Source of the DNA: a virus
Taxonomy: Duplodnaviria > Caudoviricetes
Virus record (IMG/VR): IMGVR_UViG_3300029288_000175
Location: 222-64,221 of that record
Reading direction: 5' to 3' (one strand)
Length of the DNA stretch: 64,000 nt
Position 1 is the stretch's first letter. Each line of letters opens with the position of its first letter. Under the pieces are notes generated by a model. That model was not told where the DNA came from and made no database searches. It saw only the letters and a program-made list of their open reading frames with translations. The translations under genes were made by a program, and so were the position numbers. Of the stretch, positions 46,608 to 55,919 are shown one piece after another.

Positions 46608-49538
46608 TCACCCCCTCATCAGCACGCGCGAGGCGGCTGCCAGCATGGCCGACAACTCCTCTGGACTCAGGTGACCTAACTCTGCCAGGCCAACCCGCGC
46701 CTCTTCCACCGACCGCGCAGGTGGCTCCTTGTCGGCGTCTGGCTCCTGCGGTGGCACCTCATCAGTTTGTGCAGACGCCTGCCTTTCCTCGCCATCCTGG
46801 CCCGGTGCCTCGCCCTTGGCGATCTGCTGCGCCAGCCGTCTGTTCTCCTCGGCCTGCTGCTTCGCGGCGTCCAGCGCCTGCACCACCATGTCAGCACTGA
46901 TCACGTCCTCTACGTCCTGCACCCCCACCGCCTGGAGCGACGCCTGCACGATGGAGGCGATGATCGGCGGGATGGACGCGTCGGGCAGCATGGCAGCCTG
47001 CATCAGCGGCAACACGACCTGCGCCGTCACGTTGACGATGTTCTGCACCTGCGCCGCCGTGTCCGTCTCAAGCAACTTGTCAAGGTTGACCGTCACGTTC
47101 TTGGCGTCTATGCGGTCTTTCCCGTACCTGTTCGCCATGTCAAACACGATCCGGGCCACGTCACGCCACACCGAGGCCCAGAACGACTGGTACGCGCCGA
47201 ATGACAGCTGGATCGGACGCTCCATCGCCGTGGCAGTGTTGCCGGCGATCAGCGGGGCCCCATGGCGCCGCGTGACGAACATGCCGTCTGGTGGGACCTC
47301 AAAGCACCACACCAGGCCGCGATATTCCTCGACGGTCACGTTGATGTGCCGCCGCAGATGCAAACGTTCGCGTCGGTTGCGGTACAACCGCCAACCATCG
47401 CGTTGCATCCACCGGCTGGCTGCATCTCCGTGATGTGGCCCGGCCGATCGTATCTGCGTCAGTTTGCCCCACTCGCCATGATGCAGCATGAGACGTTGCA
47501 CGTCGTCCAACAGCAGGCGAGAGGTGCTGTCAAACCCGCCAACCTGTGTCACGGGGTGGCCGTCCATGCGCTCATGCCCATCACCCGCCATGTACGCGTC
47601 CAACAGTAGCGTTGCCTGTTCATGGGGCAGTGCGAACACGAACGCCGGCAGGCGCCGATTCCACTGGTAGTGGCCTACGTTATCACGCAACCACGCATGC
47701 AAACTGGCATCGCTGCACCGCCATCGCCAGTACGCGCCCTTCATCGGTTTGCGACTAAATGCGAATGGGAGGCGCTCCAGACACGCATCTATGGCCGCGA
47801 CTTCGGCGGTCGCATTCATGCGCTGGCAGAGACTCACCACATGGCGATCCTCCAGGCTGCCCTCAGCGATCCACCAACCCAAAAACGTCAACCAGGCGTC
47901 AGCATCCAGTGGCCGTTCCACGGGCTCGTTGCCCAGGTAGAACTGTTCCAGTCGCTCATGGGACGTGATGCGTGCCATTGACGGTAAACCGAACGCTACC
48001 GGGAGGGCATCAGCACGCACGACGGTAAACGGTCGCACGTGTTGCCGATTCTCGTGTGTCTCGTCGCTGACAAGCATCCGATGGTTGGGCGTCACCAGGG
48101 CGTCGACCTGCGCACCACACAACCGCACCATCGGTCCCGCATACGCGTATACGTGTAGTGCAGACGGTTCGCGGTATGTCAGAACCCCATCACCTGCCGA
48201 GTAACTCGCTATGCGCTGCCCCGGCACCCACTGATGCCATGCACACCAACCATCCTCGGTCAACACCTCGGTCTGGTTGTCATAACACGCGAGTCGATAT
48301 GCATCACCGATGCCTGCGTAGTGCGGGAAGATACGCGCGCTGAGGAGCGCGTACCACGCCAGCGACTCCCCGTCCGCCTTGGCGTCAGAGGCGCCGGTGT
48401 CGAGGTTGAGCTGCCGCAGGCTCTGCGCCTCGTTGCCGAGGTACGTTGACCCCGACACCGGCGGTGGGTTCTGCTCCCAGTCGCCGGTGCTGCCGGCACG
48501 TTGGAGCGTCGAGGCGATCTGTGCCTGCACCGCGTCCACACCACGAGAGCCCGACTTCGTCTTCAGTTCGTTCACGAACATGGACCGGGCCTCAGCGACG
48601 TTGGCCCGGTTGACGCGGAACTGCTCGTGCTCCTTCACCCAGCCGTGGCCGGTGGTCATCAGTGGCCAACCGCGGCCATTCTCGTCCGCCTTGTGCGCCA
48701 CGCACACGACGCAGACGAACGTCATCGACGACGCCTCGTCTGCCCTGATAGCGCCCTGTGGCAACAGGTCACGCGCCTCGATCTTCTTCCCATCGAGATC
48801 CCACCCCAGCCAGTTGGGATCGTTGCCCCTGGTATTGCCGAGCGGCGCCTCACCACCGGCGCGCGGACCGCCGCTCAGGAACGCCAGGTAGTCCGGGTAG
48901 TAGGCATCGTGGAGCTGGCCGTACGGGTGGCCAGGGTCAACCTCGGACCACTGGCGATGCCACCAGACTGTCGTGGTCGCGTCACCCGGCGCCATGATCC
49001 GGTCGACAAACTCCAGACTGTTCAGCGACCGGATGGTGCATTTGCCGGTCGCCTTGGACGCGTACATGGCGAGGAACCGCTCCCCGTCGTGCAGCACGTT
49101 GTTGCTGAGGTCCTGTAGGTAGCGGGCACCCAACACCATGGCGTTCCGGTCAGCCGCCCAGAACTCATTCCAGACCTCGGCCGCCGTCTCGTCGTCTGCC
49201 ACCACGTCGACGTTCTGGCCGTGGCCATACGCGGTCCACAGCCACATGGCATACTCGGCAAGGGGGCTGGATCGTACCAGGTAGCGCGACTCGAAAACGG
49301 CACGGCGCCGGTCTGCCTCGTTAGGCTCGCCGACGCCGAGTTGTAGGTACCCCACCTCGCGGATCAGGTTGGTCAACGTGTGGGAGTCCAGCTCCATCAG
49401 GTCACGCGCGAGGTCTCGCGGCTGGTACGAGTAGGGGCCGCGTACGTATCCCTCGCGCATGATGACGAACGCCTCGCGTATCGCCTGCACCTCCGGTCCC
49501 AGGAGGAACCCGGCCAGGCGTTGCCGTATGCTAGGCAT
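46608..49538 (-). CDS. portal protein containing an intein
   Basis: Follows terminase block; DGE.FL, AH+...RG.PL portal motifs; GAGGAG RBS. Confidence 0.85.
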   Translation of the reverse strand: MPSIRQRLAGFLLGPEVQAIREAFVIMREGYVRGPYSYQPRDLARDLMELDSHTLTNLIREVGYLQLGVGEPNEADRRRAVFESRYLVRSSPLAEYAMWLWTAYGHGQNVDVVADDETAAEVWNEFWAADRNAMVLGARYLQDLSNNVLHDGERFLAMYASKATGKCTIRSLNSLEFVDRIMAPGDATTTVWWHRQWSEVDPGHPYGQLHDAYYPDYLAFLSGGPRAGGEAPLGNTRGNDPNWLGWDLDGKKIEARDLLPQGAIRADEASSMTFVCVVCVAHKADENGRGWPLMTTGHGWVKEHEQFRVNRANVAEARSMFVNELKTKSGSRGVDAVQAQIASTLQRAGSTGDWEQNPPPVSGSTYLGNEAQSLRQLNLDTGASDAKADGESLAWYALLSARIFPHYAGIGDAYRLACYDNQTEVLTEDGWCAWHQWVPGQRIASYSAGDGVLTYREPSALHVYAYAGPMVRLCGAQVDALVTPNHRMLVSDETHENRQHVRPFTVVRADALPVAFGLPSMARITSHERLEQFYLGNEPVERPLDADAWLTFLGWWIAEGSLEDRHVVSLCQRMNATAEVAAIDACLERLPFAFSRKPMKGAYWRWRCSDASLHAWLRDNVGHYQWNRRLPAFVFALPHEQATLLLDAYMAGDGHERMDGHPVTQVGGFDSTSRLLLDDVQRLMLHHGEWGKLTQIRSAGPHHGDAASRWMQRDGWRLYRNRRERLHLRRHINVTVEEYRGLVWCFEVPPDGMFVTRRHGAPLIAGNTATAMERPIQLSFGAYQSFWASVWRDVARIVFDMANRYGKDRIDAKNVTVNLDKLLETDTAAQVQNIVNVTAQVVLPLMQAAMLPDASIPPIIASIVQASLQAVGVQDVEDVISADMVVQALDAAKQQAEENRRLAQQIAKGEAPGQDGEERQASAQTDEVPPQEPDADKEPPARSVEEARVGLAELGHLSPEELSAMLAAASRVLMRG
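47238..48287 (-). mobile_element. intein (350 aa) with in-frame LAGLIDADG endonuclease
   Basis: CYDNQTEVLT, TPNHRM, FLGWWIAEGS, LLDAYMAGDG, VWCFEVPPDGMFVTRRHGAPLIAGN, +1 Thr. Confidence 0.92.
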
Positions 49539-49882
49539 CTGCCCCACTCCTCAACTAGCACCTCCCCCGTCGCTACCATCATACACTCAGGCAAGGACGC
49601 AACGCGAACGCGGGGCAGGGTTCACCCCTTGCATGAGGCGGCGCAAGACGAACGGCGGAGCTGCCAGGTCCGGTACTGGAGGGACTACAAGCCACCAATT
49701 GCGCGGCGCCACCGCGTCGCTCTCAACGATCCTGATCGTCATGCCACACACGGTGATGTGGCGCTCACGGATTGCATTTCGCTCGTTCGCGCTGGCAGGA
49801 TCGAGGTTGATCACAGCAACCCTCCTAGAACTGCACCGGCTGGCACCGCGCCAGGCCGGTATGCCGAACAGTCCGGACGACG

Positions 49883-50332
49883 TCACAGCAGCCCCCCTAT
49901 CGGCGCGCCGGCCATCCGCTCGGCGCACTCGGTTGACACCACGTCCATGGTCACCCCGGCCAGGTCGCACCAGAACTCCAGCGTGCGGTCCTGCCCGCAT
50001 ATCCACGCCCACGCGTCCTCGCTGTCCGGGGTCCAGGGCGAGCGAAGCACCGCCCTGGACGACGTGTTCGGCTCCACCCACGCAATGTCGTTCAGGGTAC
50101 GCGCCAGCACCCCCAACGCGATCAGTCGCCCGGCCTCGGCATCCTCGTCGTCGGCGCCCAGGGCGTGGTAGATGACGCCCTGAGCCTCCTCGACGAGCAC
50201 CGTGACGTCACACCGACGGCCCTTGGTCGTATCGTTGATCAGGCTGAGCACGCCGATGAGGGTGCGCATGGCGCTCTCCATCACGCCAAGTCTGGCCTCA
50301 TCGGTGACGTTGATGCTCTCGTTTTGCGCCAT
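49883..50332 (-). CDS. hypothetical protein (possible late regulator-like helical protein)
   Basis: DAWAWI...F..WCDLAG pattern. Confidence 0.55.
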   Translation of the reverse strand: MAQNESINVTDEARLGVMESAMRTLIGVLSLINDTTKGRRCDVTVLVEEAQGVIYHALGADDEDAEAGRLIALGVLARTLNDIAWVEPNTSSRAVLRSPWTPDSEDAWAWICGQDRTLEFWCDLAGVTMDVVSTECAERMAGAPIGGLL

Positions 50333-50336
50333 GGCG

Positions 50337-51032
50337 CTACTCCCCCGCCATGTCCTCGCCCCCAGCAACCCACGCCAGCGGCGCGATGACGTATGCCGTC
50401 TCGTCGTCGGAGAGAGCAACAGTGGCCATACCCCACCCGCCCTCAGAATCTAGCGAGAACCCGTCGACACGGGAGAACTCCAGCACGTCAGGGGAGAGCG
50501 CGTACCCCGGAATCGTGGTGGTGCCGCCGCCTGGCGTGGGCGTTACGTGCACCTCCGTGCCATCTGCCATGTGCGCCGGCGTGCCGAACAGTCGGTCTAT
50601 CCCCTCGGTGACGCTCCGCAAGATGTCGCCAAACGCACCCACAAGCGTGCCGGCGCAGTCAGCATCCGTCTCATCCGTGTCGTCTGGAACGTGGACGAAC
50701 ACGCAGGTTGCGTCTGGAGCATGGACGAACACGCAGGTTGCGTCATGGTTGAACACGAGGTAGTCCCACCCGCGATGGTGGGGGCAGGTACGATGGAGGT
50801 AGCCACCGAGTAGTGTGCCTTCATCGGTATCGTACTCAGGCCGCCACAAGCTCACTATCATCAGCGCCCCGCACCGGCTACAGTGGCGCTCTTCGTTAGC
50901 CCAGTCCGGCACCTCTTGCGCGGCGCGGCGCCGGCGCAGGTACTGCCACACGTCCGTGACCGCGACGAACACAAGCAAGCATAGCGCGACGGCAATCGCG
51001 ATCACAGAGACGATGCTAGCAACTCCTTCCAC
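50337..51032 (-). CDS. membrane-anchored Cys-containing protein
   Basis: N-terminal TM, CSRCG, 10-aa tandem duplication ATCVFVHxPD. Confidence 0.6.
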   Translation of the reverse strand: MEGVASIVSVIAIAVALCLLVFVAVTDVWQYLRRRRAAQEVPDWANEERHCSRCGALMIVSLWRPEYDTDEGTLLGGYLHRTCPHHRGWDYLVFNHDATCVFVHAPDATCVFVHVPDDTDETDADCAGTLVGAFGDILRSVTEGIDRLFGTPAHMADGTEVHVTPTPGGGTTTIPGYALSPDVLEFSRVDGFSLDSEGGWGMATVALSDDETAYVIAPLAWVAGGEDMAGE

Positions 51033-51033
51033 T

Positions 51034-51213
51034 TCACTTCCCCCCTCGCTGCGAGTCGTCGATGCTGTACAGCACGAACACGACCACGGCCACCCCGATC
51101 GTCAGCGCCCACCAGACGCCGCTCCGTGTGTTCACCCCCATGGCCATCCCTATCACGGCCGTCATCGCCACGAACACCAGCGCGGCCAGTCCTCCGTGCC
51201 ACACGTGTCTCAT
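51034..51213 (-). CDS. small 2-TM membrane protein (59 aa)
   Basis: Hand translation MRHVWHGGLAALVFVAM...SQRGGK. Confidence 0.55.
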   Translation of the reverse strand: MRHVWHGGLAALVFVAMTAVIGMAMGVNTRSGVWWALTIGVAVVVFVLYSIDDSQRGGK

Positions 51214-51521
51214 ATGGTGCCCTCATCCTCGTCTGCGTCATCGACCGCGTACCCCCGCGCCCTCAGGTCGTCCAGCCATAGGTGCCTCGTGTCGTGTGTG
51301 CCAACCTGCACGACGGCCACACCCCCGTACCCGAGATTGTCGCGTTCACCGGCCAGGTACTGATCCAGCATTGTGCGGGACACGCCCACGGTGAACCTTA
51401 CGGAGTCGTTCGGGTTGGCCGACAACGCCTGTTGCAGCCAGTCGAGCGTCTGTTGACGGTATTCTGCCGTCGGAACGAGTGCCACCTCTGCCAGCAGTTG
51501 GAGCACCTTCCCCTCAACCAT
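51210..51521 (-). CDS. hypothetical protein
   Basis: GGAGG RBS downstream of boxed promoter. Confidence 0.6.
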   Translation of the reverse strand: MVEGKVLQLLAEVALVPTAEYRQQTLDWLQQALSANPNDSVRFTVGVSRTMLDQYLAGERDNLGYGGVAVVQVGTHDTRHLWLDDLRARGYAVDDADEDEGTI

Positions 51522-51540
51522 CGAGCACCTCCACATCCTC

Positions 51541-51568
51541 AACGTAGCACCGCCTTGCAGGCGCGCAA
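51541..51568 (-). promoter_or_regulatory. promoter with palindromic box
   Basis: TTGCGC-16bp-TACGTT with extended TG; TTGCAGGCGCGCAA 51555-51568. Confidence 0.65.
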
Positions 51569-53149
51569 CTACGCCGTTCGCCCCCAGCGCTCGCCCGGTT
51601 GCCGCTCCTGGTACGTCAACTGCACCGCGCCCGCCATCTGCGCCTCGCGCCACAGCGTCGGCCCGATCAGCGCCTGGAGCACGGCGTCGGCACAGTTGGT
51701 GGACCGCTGCCGCTTCAGGCGTTTCCGTATCTGCTCCTTGCCCTCCACCCGGTAGCTGTGCGACGTGCCCTCCGTCACCCGGTCCACCACGTCCGCCCGT
51801 GGCGTCACCAGTTCCTCGGTCAGGTCGTCGTCGGGCGGCAGGGCCAGGCCGATGCCAGTGTTGGGGTCCAGCATCTCACGCATGAGCCACCACATCGCCG
51901 TGCGCCAGTTGACGAAGCCGAGTTCGCCTGAGGCGTCGGTCAGGTCCGTCCGGTTGCCGGCGTGGAACGGGATGGCGTCGCCGTAACCCATTTGGCGCAG
52001 GCGCTGCACCACGCCGGCGCCGATGCCGATGCAGTCGATGAACACCGGCGCCGGCTCGTGCGACAACTGGCGCTGGATGATGGTCACCACGTCCATCAAC
52101 TCGGTGCCCTGCGCCAGACGCGCGTGCTGGTCCAGGCGCTCAACCACCGTGCCGTCGCGCACCACCGCTAGCACCGTCGGGTCGCCCTCCGGGCCGCCCA
52201 TGCCAACGTCCACCCCCACGCTCGTCACTCGGCCAGGCTCCCCACCGTCCTGCACCCGGCGCGTCCAGGCGTACCAGCGCTCGTGCGCCGCCTCCACCCA
52301 CTCCAGCGGGATGATGCCGTCCGACACCTCGCTGCCGAAGTCAGCCAGGACGTGCATGTGGTAGAGCGCGCTGTCCTTGCCCCACAGGAGCCCCATGTCC
52401 TCCACCCACTGGGCGCTGACGCGGTGCGCCGCCACCGCGCGTTGGAGGTCCACCTTCATCACGTGCCAGCGCTCCAACCCCGGCAGGCGCTTGAACATCT
52501 GGTAGAAGCGGCCGCGGCGCCGGCCCGGAGTGCTCGTGGCGATGGCCAGGGTTTCGCCACCGTCTGCCTCACCGGCAGAGAGCGAGCCCTCGGCGCTGTC
52601 GAATATCTCGTCAGGCACGCTCTTGGCCTCGTCGAAGACGTACAGCAGATGGTCGGCGTGCGCGCCCTCCAGGTTACCGGGGCGGTCGCTGGCGGCGCCG
52701 AACGCGGCGCCGTTCGGCAGTTTCAGGGAACTGAGCAGCAACTCCTCGCGCGTGAACGGGGCGCGGCCAATTACGTCCCAACGCAGGCGCTTCGCCCACT
52801 TGTGTACCTCGGGCCACAGGTAGCGCAGCAGTTGCGCCCACACGGCCGCCGTTGTGACGATCTTCCAGTCCACGCCAGCCGCGTCGCGCGTGGTGGCGAA
52901 CCACAGGATGATGAGCGCGTTCCAGGCGGTCTTGCCGGAACCGCGCGAGGCGCGTTCGGCGAACCGTTTGTGCTCCCACAGGGCCTCGGCCGCCTCGATC
53001 TGGTAGTCGGTCGCCCCCTTGCCCTCGGGCCAGCGCACGCAGTCGCGCAGCCACCCGGCCGGGTCGCCCCAGTAACGTTCGGCGTAGTCGGCGCTACCGC
53101 TCCGGTTGGTGGTCAACCCCGCCTTGAACTGGGCTGCCAAGGAGCCCAT
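51569..53149 (-). CDS. terminase large subunit
   Basis: RASRGSGKT Walker A, YVFDEAK Walker B, TSTPG, GVDVGMGG..D.T nuclease, DCIGIGAGV, STNCADA. Confidence 0.92.
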   Translation of the reverse strand: MGSLAAQFKAGLTTNRSGSADYAERYWGDPAGWLRDCVRWPEGKGATDYQIEAAEALWEHKRFAERASRGSGKTAWNALIILWFATTRDAAGVDWKIVTTAAVWAQLLRYLWPEVHKWAKRLRWDVIGRAPFTREELLLSSLKLPNGAAFGAASDRPGNLEGAHADHLLYVFDEAKSVPDEIFDSAEGSLSAGEADGGETLAIATSTPGRRRGRFYQMFKRLPGLERWHVMKVDLQRAVAAHRVSAQWVEDMGLLWGKDSALYHMHVLADFGSEVSDGIIPLEWVEAAHERWYAWTRRVQDGGEPGRVTSVGVDVGMGGPEGDPTVLAVVRDGTVVERLDQHARLAQGTELMDVVTIIQRQLSHEPAPVFIDCIGIGAGVVQRLRQMGYGDAIPFHAGNRTDLTDASGELGFVNWRTAMWWLMREMLDPNTGIGLALPPDDDLTEELVTPRADVVDRVTEGTSHSYRVEGKEQIRKRLKRQRSTNCADAVLQALIGPTLWREAQMAGAVQLTYQERQPGERWGRTA

Positions 53150-53780
53150 CAACCCCCTGTGCAACTTCGGCCAGGATGGTAGCCCGCGTCCTCCGGTCTG
53201 CAACGTGCGCCTCCACCGCTACACTCAGCATGTCCTGCACGACGCCGACGAACAGCATGGCCTGTTTGGCGGTCAGCATCTGCTCTGCCTGGGCCAGGCG
53301 CTCGCGTTCGCTCTCCACCAGCACGCGCCGCCGATCTATCGTCGTCAGCAGTTCCCGCCACCGCTCGGCCTCCGTGGCACCCCGCTGTATCAGGTTGTCG
53401 ACCTCGTTCAGGCAGACGGCGAGCGTCTTGGTGTCCCCAGCAATCCTCGCCTCCTCCATCTCCTGGCGTGTCCGGCCCAGTTGCAGCCACAAAGTGCCGG
53501 CCTCACCCCTGTCCAGCCCGGCGATCAGTTCGCTGACGCGCGCGTCCACGACCGCCACGTCGTCCCGCAGGCTCAGCAGTTCGGGGTCTGCCAGCGCCGC
53601 AGCGTAGCGCGCGGCCAGGCGCGTCGGCAGGTCCTTGGCGTAGCGGCCATGCTTGTAGTTGGGGTGCGCCGGACCACGCAGGCTGGCGCCTCCGTGATGG
53701 TAGCACACCTCGCGCCCGGCCATCGCCGGCGCCCGACACCGCTCTCCTGTCCGCTTACTGTGCGCCGTGCACTGGGACAC
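53094..53780 (-). CDS. terminase small subunit (HGG motif)
   Basis: CTAHSKRTGERC...CYHHGG...NYKHGRY. Confidence 0.8.
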   Translation of the reverse strand: MSQCTAHSKRTGERCRAPAMAGREVCYHHGGASLRGPAHPNYKHGRYAKDLPTRLAARYAAALADPELLSLRDDVAVVDARVSELIAGLDRGEAGTLWLQLGRTRQEMEEARIAGDTKTLAVCLNEVDNLIQRGATEAERWRELLTTIDRRRVLVESERERLAQAEQMLTAKQAMLFVGVVQDMLSVAVEAHVADRRTRATILAEVAQGVDGLLGSPVQGGVDHQPER

Positions 53781-53818
53781 GAGGTTACCGTCCTGTCATG
53801 CGGACTACTGCCGCAGCG

Positions 53819-53847
53819 TTGCGCGCGCGCACGTCACGGTGTATGCT
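53819..53847 (+). promoter_or_regulatory. boxed promoter, probably giving a leaderless mRNA
   Basis: TTGCGC-17bp-TATGCT; ATG 53854 lies 6 nt after the -10 with no RBS. Confidence 0.6.
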
Positions 53848-53853
53848 ACTCGC

Positions 53854-54264
53854 ATGAACAACACGCTGTTCGTAGGTGAGATGCCGAGTACCGAGAACCC
53901 AGGGCCACCGCTCGGAGGACGCTGCGGTGAGCGTCTTGGGAGTCTGCTGGGGGTGTCGTGCAGAGACTTCCTCACGCACTACAGGCGCGTAAACCTCATA
54001 GCAGTCAAGCACGACTCGTTCCCTCGCGCCGCCGCCGCGCTGACCGCAGCAACGCTGCCGCTGGACGACGTGACGGGTCTCGTGCTGTGCGGCCGCAACG
54101 TCGCGCGCGCGTTCGGCATAGTCGACGCCACGTTCCTGGCAGTGGTCACGGTTCGTCAACTGCCTGCCCTGCTGCTTCCTCACCCGTCGACCCGCTGCCG
54201 GTGGTGGAACGACCGCCGCAACGTCGCCGCGGCGGCGGCAGCACTCCAGGCGTTCGTGACGTGA
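53854..54264 (+). CDS. uracil-DNA glycosylase-like superfamily protein
   Basis: LFVGEMP, G..L..LLG, LVLCGRNVA.AFG, LPHPS..WWN. Confidence 0.7.
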   Translation: MNNTLFVGEMPSTENPGPPLGGRCGERLGSLLGVSCRDFLTHYRRVNLIAVKHDSFPRAAAALTAATLPLDDVTGLVLCGRNVARAFGIVDATFLAVVTVRQLPALLLPHPSTRCRWWNDRRNVAAAAAALQAFVT

Positions 54265-54274
54265 ACTCATCGCG

Positions 54275-55183
54275 TCACCCCCTATCACCGTCTAGCCTGT
54301 CTGCAACTAGCTCAAGCAAGTCCGGGGTGATCGCCTCGTCAGTGACGTGCACCAGCCGCATACCGTACTCGTTGACCAAGGGCATGGTCTCATCACGTGC
54401 TCCAGGTTTCAGGCGCAGCGGAGTGTCGAACTCTTTGCCCCAGCCTTGAACGTAGTGCTGCGGTCTTTGCCAGCGTCGTATCACCCGCACCACCCCAGGC
54501 CACTGACGCTCCAAACTCCGCGCCATCCTCAAGCGCCCGTCACCGTGATACAGAGTATCGGTGTTTCCACCCTTCATCACCATCGTTCGCACCTTGTCCA
54601 CGGTGAACGCCTGCACGAGTACCGTGCACCAGCCACCGGCAAGGGCTTGCAGGCAGATGTCAGTATCCTCGTTGTAGCGACCTCGCCACCGAAACGGCAT
54701 CGCGTTGTCAAACAGGCAGCACGAGTATACGTGGGCGTTCAGGACGAACGGGGGCTCCTTCCTGCCGTCTGGCACGAACATGGTATAGGCCAACCCGCTG
54801 ATGGCCACGTTCTCGTAGCGGTCCGTGAAGTCCTCCACGACCCGCAGCGCTACACCAGCATTGCAGGGGATGCGCTTTCCTCGCCAGCGCCTGCGGACCT
54901 TGTTTATGTTGTCGTCGAGTTGCCAGTGCCGCCCGTGGCCCTCGGCTATCGCGTGGTCCATGATCCAGTTGCGGGCCGGCACCACGCTCCCGGCGTCGCG
55001 GAACGGGAGTACCAGCACGCACTCTGGCCCGAACACGCCGACGTAGCGGTTGGCCTCCTGAGACTCAACCACCAGTCGAAACGGTACCCCGTCACGCAGG
55101 AAACACTGCGCCGTGAGAGATGCGTCCCACCTGCCCTTAGACGGGATGTACACCGGGTAGCGCGGCATGACCTGATCGTCCAT
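54275..55183 (-). CDS. GREB1/TAGT-like GT-A glycosyltransferase
   Basis: YIPSKGR, ARNWI, WQLDDNI (DxD), YNEDTDICL, KGGNT. Confidence 0.75.
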   Translation of the reverse strand: MDDQVMPRYPVYIPSKGRWDASLTAQCFLRDGVPFRLVVESQEANRYVGVFGPECVLVLPFRDAGSVVPARNWIMDHAIAEGHGRHWQLDDNINKVRRRWRGKRIPCNAGVALRVVEDFTDRYENVAISGLAYTMFVPDGRKEPPFVLNAHVYSCCLFDNAMPFRWRGRYNEDTDICLQALAGGWCTVLVQAFTVDKVRTMVMKGGNTDTLYHGDGRLRMARSLERQWPGVVRVIRRWQRPQHYVQGWGKEFDTPLRLKPGARDETMPLVNEYGMRLVHVTDEAITPDLLELVADRLDGDRG

Positions 55184-55185
55184 GG

Positions 55186-55839
55186 CTACCCCGTCCTGAA
55201 CTGCATGGCAGACAGGTTCTGCCGCCCCTCTACTGGCGGCCACCACATCGACTTGCTCTTCACGCTCACCGCTGTCAGGCCCAGTTTAGTGAAGAAGGCG
55301 TTGCGGTCCTCGACGGACCGGAAACTGACCGTGACTTTGAGCACGTCTTCCTGCGGATCATACTCCGGCATCCCCACCCACTCAGCAGCCTCGTTGAAAC
55401 CGCTGATCTCGTCGCCAGTCCTGGTCACCATCACCAGGGCGGCCAGCATCGCATCGTCGTACCCCGTGCCACGCAAGCCTCCTGGGTTCTTGTCCTTGAC
55501 CTCCTTCAACAGTTCGGATAGCAGCCTGTCGTCTATCTCGGCTAGGTGCCTCACCTCGTTGTCGCCGGTCAGCACGGCCAGGGCCTGCGGAGAATCGGCA
55601 TCCACAGGCAGGCGTACGACCGGCACGCGCTGTACCCCAATCCGGCGCAGCGCCGCCACGACGCCGTGCCCGGCCAGTATTGTGCCGTCGCGCGCTACCA
55701 CCACGTTCCGGTACAGGCCGTATTTCTGGATACTGGCCGTGATGTGCTCAAGCTGGTCGTCAGGGTGCGCCCGGTAGTTGCGGGGATGAGGCCGCAGGTC
55801 CTCTATGCCAACCATCTCAACAGCTAACTCGTCTTCCAT
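55186..55839 (-). CDS. ParB N-terminal domain protein (DNA-modification-associated type)
   Basis: L.PHPRNYR.H....I..SI..YG...VV..DGTILAGHG...A...G...VPV..DN. Confidence 0.85.
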   Translation of the reverse strand: MEDELAVEMVGIEDLRPHPRNYRAHPDDQLEHITASIQKYGLYRNVVVARDGTILAGHGVVAALRRIGVQRVPVVRLPVDADSPQALAVLTGDNEVRHLAEIDDRLLSELLKEVKDKNPGGLRGTGYDDAMLAALVMVTRTGDEISGFNEAAEWVGMPEYDPQEDVLKVTVSFRSVEDRNAFFTKLGLTAVSVKSKSMWWPPVEGRQNLSAMQFRTG

Positions 55840-55854
55840 CACATCCCTCCTGCT

Positions 55855-55902
55855 CCAATCATAGCACGCAGTTGCACCCGTGCAAGGCTGTGCTATGATT
55901 GG
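55855..55902. promoter_or_regulatory. symmetric divergent promoter pair sharing one palindromic box
   Basis: CCAATCATAGCAC...TTGCACCCGTGCAA...GTGCTATGATTGG; TTGCAC-16-TATGAT on both strands. Confidence 0.85.
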
Positions 55903-55919
55903 GACAGGAGGGCCTTCGG

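Noticed and set aside
49578-49602. TTGCGT...TATGAT upstream of the portal as another boxed promoter
   Set aside because: Spacer is only 13 bp and there is no full palindrome; only the -10 is supportable.
50692-50743. 30-bp tandem duplication in a membrane protein gene
   Set aside because: Isolated in-frame duplication with no sign of a wider function.
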